Below, piece after piece: positions 37,011 to 49,600 of a DNA stretch of 64,000 bases (within the stretch, counting starts at the first letter, position 1; every line of letters begins with the position of its first letter). This DNA comes from Thalia democratica (lineage: Eukaryota), in contig OZ241831.1 of assembly GCA_965202585.1 (NCBI GenBank), forward strand, positions 41,850,001 through 41,914,000, in the 5' to 3' direction. Made by a program: the position numbers and the translations under genes. The notes under the pieces are model-generated. The model ran no database searches. It saw nothing but the letters and a program-made list of their open reading frames with translations, and was not told where the DNA came from.

Positions 37011-40000
37011 ACACGTGAGTTGTTCTGTCAGTGATTCTGTAGTTTCCTTATCAAGCATATCTAACTTTGTGAATATGAAATTAAATTTTAAGACAAGTTA
37101 TGTTGTTATAATTAGACGTTGGTTTTTTTAGCTTGAAAATTGTTTTTTTAGCCAGTAAATTCTTATAATACAAGTGTACATAAATCATCAAAGTTAAAGT
37201 AAATAAGTGTTGAATAAACTTTGTTTATATTTTTAAAGAAGTAACTGTTATGGTGTTTTTAGAACTTGCTTATATGTAACATTTGTTTTTATTAATTTGT
37301 TTAAGGTTATTGATGACTATCTACTTTAACTATAAAAATTATTTTGATTGTTAATATATCATTTTCTAAATTCATAAATTTCAATCGCTTACTATTTCTG
37401 CTTTTTATTTTTATATGATTTCGTGTATCCTTGTACTTATAAAAAATGTCGTGTGAACACTTTATAAATTAAACTAAAAATGTCACATTAAGTTTTCAAT
37501 TAGTGTAAATTATTTAAAAACATTGTACATTACTGTAAACTACTTAGAAGTATGTGGTGACAGTGTTTTTAATAATTGTTTTGTCTGAAACAAACTAGTA
37601 TGTATTTATTTTTATTTTATTCGTCTATCATTTAATAAAAACTCAATAAAATACTTCAGATCTTCAATATTGTTAGGGTTTTGATCAATATAATACTAAT
37701 TAATTTAAAAACCGTTTTTAATGTTAGGTATATAAAAACTCAAATACTCGATAACAAAGAGTTAATGTAGTTTTCATTCTTTGTAGAGCTTATTCTTGTA
37801 TTCATAAAAAAAAATATTCAAAAAGTTACATTTTTTATTTGTAACAAGTGTATTTTGGTGGGCTAACTTATGAATATCATAACGCTTACAAATTAAACAC
37901 TAATCAAAATATATAAACTTGTTTTTTAGTTATTAAGTTTTCCCAAGCCGTTTTAAAAATTGGAAAACCTTTTAAGCATTAAACAAGTTTTCCTTTCGTA
38001 CGAGTAAAATTTAAATTAAAAGTTATATTTTTTTATGTTTTCAACATAACTAAATAAAAATTATATTGCTAATTATTTGTGGTTTTTTATTCAAATAAAT
38101 TTAAAATAGTTTATTAATTGCTTATAAAGAACTAGTAAAAATTTATACGCTTGAAGCTACACTCTTTAATTGATTATATTTGTTTTTTATTTAACATTTT
38201 TATTGCAGTTATGAATATATCTTATGACATTCAACAAAATCACATTACTTTTGCATGTTGCTATATACTTTCTGTAAAAACAAAAAAACTAATTGTTTAG
38301 ATTTATTTTGAAACAGTTATTTAGCTGTACAATTTAAATGTTTAACGATATCTATGTCCACGACTTCTTTAATTTATAGTAAAAAAGTTAGTTTTGTTTG
38401 AATAAATTATCTAATAGTAACACGAAGGTACAAAAGTCTACTAGAAAACTTGATATTACTCAGCACAAGCATATAAAAAATATTTTTTTATAAAAGTAAT
38501 GCTTGTACGTTTAATTACTTACTGTTTAAAACATAAATAATCAATAAAGTTCAAAGCTTTTACATGTTTTTTATAAATTTAATAGATTCATAAATCTAAT
38601 ACAATTCCGTTTGTTTTAGCAAAAACGAACCTAAAAAAAACCTGATAAAACATAGAATTCTGTCAGTGGTAACAACCCTTGCTACTGATCATGAGCACCA
38701 TCAGTAAGTCACTTGTTCCTTTTTCTACCGCCAGCTTTTCAGAAGTTTTGAATAAGCACGCTATGTGTGTTCAGACTGCTTGAAAGGCGTTGGGTGCCAG
38801 TAAACATAGTCAAGCATGTAATCCTGAGCTGACTTACACATATAACCGGTTTTGTCAAAAGAATTAAGTATGTCAGTGTTAAGGGCAGAGGATGATAAAA
38901 ATATGTTGCTTGTAAATTTGACTTTTAGTGGGTCATTGAACAAATCAATAAGCTGCTCAAATTTTTTTAGTTCAGAACCTGGATAAGCAAAAAGACCTCT
39001 CGGTCATCGGGTTGCATACCCAACTTGGTCAAAATTATAATAAGCTACGAATGAAAAAAAAAACTTTACGGTCAAAATTTAAATTCTAAAAACGAAAAAC
39101 TAAATAAAAAATGAAACAATTAAGCTTTACATTACAACATTATATACTTTTCTAAAAAAAAATATTTTTTATGCACATAGATATCTAATATTTTACACAT
39201 AAAATATATATTAAACTCTACGTCAAAAGAAAATCTGAAATGTGTTTTATTTTCAAATTTATCAACACTTAAGCAAATAATTTAACCTTTTATATTATAT
39301 GAGTTAAAGAGGAAAAAAAATAAAAAATATTTTTTTTATAAATAAGTTTGAAGTTTTTTTTGTAAGTATGTTTTCGAATTTAGACTTTACTATCAACTTA
39401 TTAAAAAAAATTGAATTAAAGCTATAAAATTAAAATAAAGTAACAACAAGTTTATAATATAAAGCTGCAACATTCAAAAAAATAGTAAATACAGCTATAT
39501 TCATAAGGAAAAAAAGCTTAAACTAGATAAAAAGTCTAAAACAAATATATCCTTTTAATTAAAACTGTCAGTTTTTACAAACTTGAACAAAAGTCTAAAT
39601 ATAGGAGTTTAGCTACTTTAAAATAATAATGTAAACAACCACAAAAAACACTTAGAATATTAAATAAGTCTTTTTTGAAAAATTTAAAAACTAAATAAAA
39701 AACACTAATAATCATAAAATAAGTCAACCTATTACTAGTTTCAAATTTTATCAGTGATTTCAGCTAATGATTTGAATATTTAACTTTCTTTTTTTTCTGG
39801 TAAAAATATAATTAGAGACTAATAATTTTATTTACACAGCTAAAATGTAGACTATGAAATTGTATACTAATACATTAACAAACTACAAACCGGAAAGAAA
39901 AAATATTACAACTTTCTACAAACTAGACTGGACCAATGCTATTAAAACCCAGTTAATATACTCAAAAAAATATAAATATCTACTCAGATGAAAAAAGAAT

Positions 40001-40620
40001 ACTAATCTACTATTTATAAGTAAATAAGAAAATCATGTTCATCTAATGTTAACTCTATTGAATTAGTTGATCATTTAATAAATAATCCTTTAGATCAACC
40101 TGGAACCTTTCAAGATGGCTTTGGTCTTTTAAATTAGCAGTTATGTCTGTCCAAAGTTTACTACCTTGATAAGCAATAACGTATCTAATATTTCTTATAA
40201 CAAGTTTTTCCAAAAAAGAGGCAAACGTTTTTACTACAATTATGAAATGAAATAATAAATACATGATTTTTGACATCCTGCTTTAATAAAAATAACTTTT
40301 TATTAAATTCTTATTTCTACTAGTTTGACGTATGCTAACGAAATTCAACGGCCTACCTAGAGAATTTCTTAAATATAATAATGTTGCAGAAAAGTATTTT
40401 AAGCTTTCGCTTAAAAAATGTTTTAAATGTTCTTGAAATTATAGTTTCTTTAAAAATGTTTCCACAACTTATATTAAAAGTTAAGAAAATGTTTAAGTGA
40501 GTATTCGGAACAAGTTTAAGTAGACACTTAAAAATGATTTGATTGATAACTAAATTCCTAAATAAAATTATTCAACAGATTGTTTTGTATTTTTTTATTA
40601 TAGACAAAAAAAAATCTTTT

Positions 40621-43600
40621 TCATTTCTTTTTAGTTTTCTTTTTCATTTCTTGCTGTTTTCTGTTTTAAAATCAAATGTTAAAAGCAATTAGCTACAACT
40701 TTTAAAATGTAAAGTCTAAAAACCTACTTTTTTGTATTGTGAATAAAACTTTAAAGTTTGGTAATTAAAACGTTTTCGACAAAACTAGTTTAAAGTGTTC
40801 GTGAGTTCAAATGTAAATTGAAGTTTTTTAGCAAAGTATTAGTTTTAAGACTTATTAATAGCCATTTTTATTGCAATTTATATGAATTTTAAGCGAGTAA
40901 AATGTAAATTTATTAGCGTAATAGCAGAGTAAAAGCAATAAAAAAAAAATCTTACGACAAAATTTATAAAATTACCCACTGTATACTATTTTTGACTAAA
41001 AGTCTCTTATTTGTAAATAGAACTTTATAACTTTGACATTACTTAATAGTTTTTGAGTCATATATCAAAACTTTATGCTTATTTACCAATTTTATCTCGG
41101 TTGTAATCTAATTAAGAGTATTATTGTAATTATAAAACGATTTATTTATACAATTAAAAATTGTTGAGAGTCGAATTTTACTTTTTCTAAAAATCTTACT
41201 TCTTTCTTTCATCTTCGGTTTGAGGTCTTACACCATCGGTTTCCTTAAAAGTGTTGAAGTTTTAAAATTAAAAAGTGATATAAAGCATGTAAAGTTTCAG
41301 CTGCTTTACGAAAAAGGTTTTGTTTTTGGAGCAGTGTTTATTAAGTCACTAAAAATTGTGCACCAACCTCGCAAATAGCGTCTATTTCTGCTTGGTCGAG
41401 CTTTGTTACGTCGATCAGTACAGAATCGTCGAGTGTAACTGTTTAGAGCATATTTGAGTGAGCATTAAAAGTTTTGTTTGCATAAAATTAACGTATTTAC
41501 TGTTATTTGTAAGTTTGGTTTTATTTTCGTTCTTATGAACTTGGTACACAAGAATAACGGCAGCAATTTTTTGTTTCAACAATCGAACATCTTCAGACTC
41601 GTCGTCAATTTGGTCGGGTAGTTCGAAATTGTTTTCCACGTAATGCTGAAGTAAGTGTTCAGCAAACTAAAACAAAACACTTGTTAATATAAAAGTTTGT
41701 TTAAGAACAAAAAAAAGCAAAAATGCTCAAAATAAGTTTCCGTCTAAGGACTTCGGTTTGTGAAAAGAACTCTCGGTCATCTTAATAAACAGAAAAGAAG
41801 AAAATCATTAAATAAAGTAGTTGTGGAACTAACATTTTAGAGAACAAAGTTATTTGTTAAACAGATCAAAAAACTCGACTACGACTCGATGAGTATGTTT
41901 AATTACTACAAATCCTAACAACTCACTTAGCAGATTTATTTCTAAAATAGCTGTTTCAAAATTAAAACTAAGTCATTTATGCTTTTATATAGGTTACAGT
42001 TCATAAGACAAACTTATAATGATAGCAACAAAATTCCTTTGTAATACCTTCATGCACAGAACGCCCTCCAAAGACGCTTTCGTTTGCTCGTTTATCTTAT
42101 CAATCGCATCCCATTTAATTTCACTATATCTTTTGTTTATACTTTGGCATTGTGAGTTTACCGCATCTCTTCTGTTATTGTGGTGCATGTACGGAGACCA
42201 ACACTTTACTTCGTCAGAACCAGGTGTGTCAATCTAGTTTCAAGTTTAGAATTAAGTAAACTTCTAAAGTTGTGTTAAAAATAAAGTATAGGTGATATTA
42301 AAAACTAAGAAAACTGAAACACTGTATTAGTATGTTAACTCTAAAAAAAAGAATTATAACAGCATTTTTAACAGCCTAAGTTTAAAAAAAAACTTAGAAA
42401 AAAAAAGTAATTTTTGTAGTTTTATTAATAAAACGAACATTACTTGTTTTAATCTTATACTATTGGAAATTGGAGAAAGTTTATACTTAAGCACTTGAGT
42501 AAAAGCAATTGAGTACATTTGTTAAGCTATGTTTAAGATACTTAAATTTCAGTCTAAGTATTTCTTTATATATTTAATTTTAAAATCAAAATAAAAATGC
42601 TTGTGGTTTTATAACATTTAACTTTTCTTGAAGTTGTTTACTTACTATTTAGAATTAAATTTTAAAACTTGACAAGTAAAATATTTATAACTTATTGACA
42701 AATGTAAAATAAAAACTTGTAAGAAAATATATTATAGAAAGTATTAAACTAGATTCAAATTCTCAAACTAATTGAAAAAGTTATATAGTATGCCTAGTAG
42801 ACTGAAACTACTTATAAGATCAAACTTCAATAAAGTTTTTGAATAAATAAACCTCAACAGTTCTTATTAAGAGTTTAGAATTTTAATTGAATATATATAT
42901 ATATACTAAACTATCTAGCAGTTTTTTTTTAGAAATTTGTATAAATAGATATTAAAAAACAATATATAAAGTTTTAATCAGTTGACCGTTTTAAATGCTT
43001 TAACGTATGTTTAATTTACATGCGCAAAAAATAAGGCTGCGCGACAATTCTAATTCGGACATATTAACTCTGACAATTCAAATTCTTAAAAAACTTTTAA
43101 AGGGTCACAAGTTAAAACATGTTATTATTTGAAAAAAATGCGTATTTATGTCTAACTAACACCTAGAAACTTTTTTTCTTGAATATTTTTGAATATTTTT
43201 AAAGATACACAAAAAATGTTTTAAACACAACTATTTAAAGATTAGAAATAATATTATGCTAAATGAGATCGTAGCGAAGCAAGTTCACTAGAATAAATGA
43301 TAAAATAATTTCACAGCACTCTTATTTTATTAAATTAATATATGTTTCTATGTGTTAACAAGTTACAATTTAGGACACATAAACATATGTAAGTTTAATA
43401 AAGAAAGAGTACTGTGAAAAATTGTTATTATTTTTATAACTATCTTATTCTTTTTAGTAATTTTAAAAACTCTATTTTATTTTGTTTTCAACAAAAATAA
43501 TTGTTTGTAGTTATTATTTAAACATTTATACACATACTGATTTTTTTAAAAACATACCCTTTTTCTAATATTTTTTCTTTATTTGAAATTTCTGAATTAA

Positions 43601-46600
43601 AATTGTCATGTAACCAAAAATTAGTTGTCAAAAATTAATAATCTCTACAAATTGCTAACCATCAAGACATATTCTGAATTCTTAGAGCTTTTAGTGTTGC
43701 TTTCGCTTTTCAGATCTATCAACTTGAAAGATATGTTTATGTTGTCATGATTTTCGCTGTTAAGTATACACTTCATCAGGTGTATGTAGAATTCTATCAA
43801 TTTTTTCGACGGATTGTTGTTCAAGGTTGCGAAATCTTTCTTCATCAGGTATAAGCTCTCATTTTTGTATTTTACTCCCGCTACTAAACATCTATCACCT
43901 AAGATTTCTTTGGCAGCCTTTACTTTTTCCTTGACCTATATTTTTTTGATAATTTATCTTAACTAGTATGAGATTTTTATCTAAAAATTTAAAACTAAAA
44001 ATGATAAGATGCTATCTGTTTTCAATTAAATGTTTGTAAATTGATCAATCACTATGTATATATTTTTTATAATATACAGTTTCAATTAGATAAATACGAT
44101 TAGGGATATTAGCTATGGATAGTATTTTGAGACTTATTTTTTTTGTTTACAAGTACTTATTTTTAACACAATTTAATAACTTATTTTCGTTTTCTCACTT
44201 ACTTAGATAAAATATTAATTAAACTTAAAATGAAAAAAAAGCTGTATTGAGCTTTTCTCGGTTTTTAAAAATATATTAAAGTAAAAAACATGCAATTATA
44301 ACTTTTTGAAACTCACTGTTTTAAACTTTTTTTCTTCATTTATGGTCTTTATATATCTACCTGCAAATTAAAACGATAAAATATAGGATAATAGTTTGCA
44401 ATAATAGTTTTTTTGACTTTTTGTTTAAACTTAAAAAAAATTAAAACTAAAACGTTCTGAAATTCAAATTTTAATTTCTTGTTATGCTGGAAGAGTCTGA
44501 TAACCTTTGAAAATATACTTAATTGAATTACAAAAAAGCGCTCAAAACATATAGGTTTAGGACATAGTACACGAAGAAATTTTAGGTTATCGAGCCATAC
44601 ACCACGGATACGTTTTAACGTCTTGTCCAGGACAAATTGTTAAAAAAAAGATTAATACTTACTTAATTTCATCATTTCAAGCTCATTGGCCACACTCGTA
44701 TCTTTCTTAGTGATTGCGTTTCTATCAGGATTGTTCATAAAACTTTCGTCTAAATAGTAAGAGTAAAATAGTAAGAAACTGTAAACACAGTTTATTATCT
44801 GATGCTACGTTACAAAATATTAAAATAGTAATTTCTAAGTTGAACTTATAGGTCAGTGTAGTAATAAAAATAAAATTTATTGATAAGAAATTTTTGTGTT
44901 TCAAAATTCTTAATAAAATAAATTTTAAAGCGTATAATTAAAATTAAACTTTAAATTTACTTTTTTTAGTAAAGCTCTGTCTTAAAGCACCCATTATTTT
45001 TGTTAAATCAGTTTTTTATGAATTATTTGTACAAGATTTTATCAAAAAAAAAAGAATCGAGTTTAGTAACTTTTTCTACGTATAATCTAACCTTTTGCTT
45101 TATACAAAATATTTAAATCATAAGTGTAAATAACTGTATCATTAAATTTGCAAGAAGAAACTTTTGTTCAGCGTCATTTTGCACGAGGTGTCAGTTTTGA
45201 AACTTGTGCATGAAAGGTAACTTTTGCACGACGGGTAATTATTTTACAATAAGTCAATTTTTCACAAGAGTAAATAAATAAAAATATAAGTAAAGAATGA
45301 TATAACGAAAGTTAACGATAGTAAGGGTTAGGGGTAACAGTGAAAAAAAAGTAAGAAAAAAATATATAAAACAAATAAAACACTGATAATATTTACCGAC
45401 CAAGGGTATGGTAAGATTGATAATTAATAAAAAGATAAAGTTAGAATAGTAATAAGAAAAAATTAAAAAGTTACTGACCAAGGTTAAGGTTCAGAGGTAA
45501 CAGTGATGGTAAAAATACAAAAAAGTAAAAAAATAATTTTAAAAACAGTAAAATAAGCAAGTAAGAATAACCTGTGCGAAATTGACGCTGTACAAAAGTT
45601 TCTTCTTGCATACTTGATAATACATTTTTTTACAGTAATGATTTTAAATAGTAGGTATAAAGCAAAAGTTCTTTAGGTAAGTTTAATTTTTCCGGTACAC
45701 ATGTATAAAAATCTAAATATAAAAAAAATGATTCAAGAAATGAAAAACTTTTTACTTTTATTTGTTACAAGCATAAAAAATAAATAAGCATAAACAGTGT
45801 ACAGTGTATATTTATTATTAAACTTTCTAAAGTAAAGTTAAAAAATTTTTTTTTTTTGCATATGCTCGTAGATATCTTAATAGATTGATACTCGTATTTA
45901 TATAAAGTAATCTTCCTCTTAAGAACGCATTTTGAACAGCCAACAGGTAGTATGTAGCTAAAAACTATCATTCTAAATGAAAAACTGCATTTCGAGCACA
46001 AACATTTAGTCTTAATAGCGCGAGCTCAATAGAAATAATACTTTAAAATTATTTCAATAACAAATTTTCATCGCAAAAATTATCAAGTTTTAAGATACAG
46101 TGTTTTTAGTTCTCGTATAAATTTAACCTGGATAGCTACCATTAAACAGTTTATCTTCACTTATATTCTCTGTTTTGGATGTGTGCAAAAAGGTGGTCTA
46201 AGATAAATTTTATTTCTAATACATTGATAAACACAGCACAATGAAACTGTGACTTTTGTAAAACAAGTTATTTTTGTAGCTACTTTTTTTATCGACAAAT
46301 AAATTTTCAACAAGACAAATACTTAAAGCATCAAATAACTTAATACTCTAGTTAAACCGACTTTTTTCAGTGACTGCGGGTAGTTTCATATCGTCTGCCT
46401 GTTTTTTTTTAATGTTGAACTAATTAATTTACAGGATTAAATGTATTAACACAACAGCAAAGCTTTAAAAAAACAATTTAGAGTTATCAAAATATCTTCA
46501 AAGCATTTTTAAATTTTATAATTTATATTTATTTTATCCACTTTAAAATAAACTAATATAACTCTGCTCCATTTAAAACAGTTTAAAGAGCTTCAGATAA

Positions 46601-49600
46601 AAAGTTTTTTTTTTATAATTTATATTTTAAAGTTTATTTAAACTAATATTTAAAGTTCAAGCTAACTAAAACTTCATCTGCTTTACTGTCGTCGAAATCT
46701 TTTGGTTTAACTAAGAAAGGAAACGTTTTCTTCAGTTGATTAGGACCTTTTGTAATAAAAATAAAGTTATTGTTTAATACCTATATTTCATGGTTTCATT
46801 AAAAAATACCAACTACTTTTTAACCTAAAATTTAGTGTTTTACAAAATTTTTATTTTTACTCATATCATGATTATTGCAAGTCTCGTTTTCATTCAAGAT
46901 ATATATACATAAATGTTGTTATACTTATTATATATAAAACACCATTCTTAATTCGGTGAAAACTGTTTAAACGCATAAAGACATGAGTTAAAAAAAAAAA
47001 AGATAAATTTTTGAAAAGAAAACTTTACTGTGTAACTTATTATTAAGGTCAACAAAAAAGTAAACTTATGTATAAAGATAGATAAAACCTTTATTTTTAA
47101 TTCAATAATATCCTTAATTACACAAGTTAGTAAACCACATGTATTTAAACTTAGAGTGTTATCCTAAAAATTATTAAATAGATAGTTCGGTGACATTAAA
47201 GGTAAATATCATAGTTCTTTATTACTGTACCAATTTTTTTTTATGTAGCTCGAAGTCAAAGTTATACTAGCATAAACGTTTTGCATCCTATAAATAAATA
47301 TGAAAGTAAGTTATATTTTGAGAACTTCATAGATCAGACAGGCTAAAATTTTTAGTTATAAACTTTAAATAAATTAGTTTAAAATTTAAATTCTAAAAAT
47401 TGATTTTGATAGAATAAAAACTAAATTAAAGTGTTTTTTTATATCATTAAGATGAGTTATATGGTAAATATTTATTTTAAACTTTAATTAAGAAATAAAA
47501 ACAAAACAAAATTTTTTAAATCTTTAAAAAGTATTTTATTTATTAAGAAGACACAATACAATGTTGATGGTTATGTTTTGATTGTTTCTTTTTTTGCTAA
47601 TGTTGGTTATAGTTTAACTTACATGTACTATATTTAGCTCACTTTACTTTGATAATAAGTTTTTATAACCTATTTTGCAGAAATTAATACATTTTCAATT
47701 TCTTTAAGCTCATGAATTTAAATCAAAAGTATAATTAAAGCAAAAGAAAAACTCTTAGCTAAAGTAGAAAAGGGTTTAAAGCATTTACAAAATCACTTTT
47801 TTCTCGGACAAGTAGATTGTAGGAGTTAAGTCTTTTAAATTTTTAAAGGTATTGAATTTTGTTAATTATAAACCGGCAACAAATAATTTCGAAATTCAAC
47901 CTAAAAATTGGGAAGCTTTGATTCTACAAGCAATATGAGAATGTGTTGCTTTTGGTCCATTCAGGTACACGTGTTCAAAAATATATTTCATAGAATATTC
48001 ATAATCACCAACAGGCATCAAAAGTTCTTTTAAATAATTTTCATACAACTGACCCAAAAACTGCAATGCGTTATTGTTTTATTAAGTATTCGTTTGTACT
48101 AAGCTATTATACAATGTACATCTATTTACTAGAAAGAGAATAATTAGGAGAAAAACTAGAGAACAGGGTTTCCCAAAAACAGGCAATATTTCCCCGATGT
48201 GGGTGGTTTTTGACTAACAGGCATTAATTAGAAAGGAGGTAAACATGCAAATATAAAGTTAAGTAAAAAAAGGGTCTAAATCTAACAAAGAGGGCTATAC
48301 ATTTTTTTTTACTTTGTTAAGTAAGCAATTGCAAAAATGAGTTTAGGAAACCCTGGTTTAGAATACTAGGTCTTTATTAAGTTAGCAGTAATAGTTACTG
48401 ACAATCAGAAAGTTTCTATAACCTCAGTTACTGAGGGTAAACTAAAACAAATATAGTTTCAACTGGTTTAAACACCTGAATGTACGTGAATCTTGCTGGT
48501 TCGAACTGTTTCTTGCTGAAAACGAACTCATCAAAAAAAATACGACTAGAGTGACTGACCTGAAAAAATAATAAGTGACATTGAGAAAGAAAAAAAAAAA
48601 CAGGTACCAGCAAAACCTTCATTTAAATTAGTCATTGTTATATAACTATATAAAAAGCAAACTTACTTTTATACGAAATTCGTGCAACGTTTCATCGTCT
48701 TCACCAAGCAAACTAATTTCAAAGTCTTTGTGTTCTGGGTAGCACTTCTTAAGAAATTGATGATAATAACCAACCAAAGCTAGAGTTGGATTTGTATACA
48801 AAGAATCAAAATCCTCAGTGCTTAAAATAACTCGAGTTTTATTATCCACGAACAATTGCAACTCCAGCTCGTCTGGGTGGCTAGCTTGAAACTGATAGAA
48901 AACAATGTGTTTTTTAAGCTCGCGTAAACTGTTTTCAACAAAGTAATGATATTTTTAACTTACAATTACGTTTTTCTTATGGTCAGCTAGCCATGTGAAA
49001 AATTCATCTGTAATAAAAGTGATTTGGTTGTGTTAAAGGAACTAAAACAAAAACCCATGTTTAAAACGGTTTAGTTCGACAAACATGTTCATATCTACCA
49101 CAGTTAGGCTAGTTTCTTTATGCTAAATACATATCAACAGGTTGTGTAACAAAAAGGTAAAGTAATAGTAAAGTGTTTTCACATTATGCAACTAAAATAC
49201 ATTTTAACCTGGTGTGTTGCCACTAAATACTTCAGTTTCAGGTCTTTTAGTTTCTTTAGCACGTTGTTCTGTTGTGAAAGACTTGTCAATAGGAATGAAA
49301 GTTAGGCAAATATTTTGATAACTGATAATTTAAAAACAAAAAATTTCATACAACTGCTTTTCTAGTTGTGTAGCTAATATAAAAAGCGCTTTTTTTAATT
49401 GTAAAATAAAATAGGTAAAACCTAAAACATGCATTTTTTGGACGGTAGAGGAAATAGTTTGGCTAAGATAAATTTGAACTTCTATATGTTGTTCTTTGTA
49501 GCTAAATAAGTCAAAATTTATATATATATATATTTATTTTTAGTAACAAAACTGACTTTGCTTCTTCATCCTTGACTCTCTTTTTTCTTTAATTTTATCT

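Noticed and set aside
48860-49240. KYLVATHQFQASHPDELEL resembles the start of an SH3 domain
   Set aside because: The following sequence lacks the SH3 WW and G..P.NY motifs and instead aligns with the SENP-like repeat.
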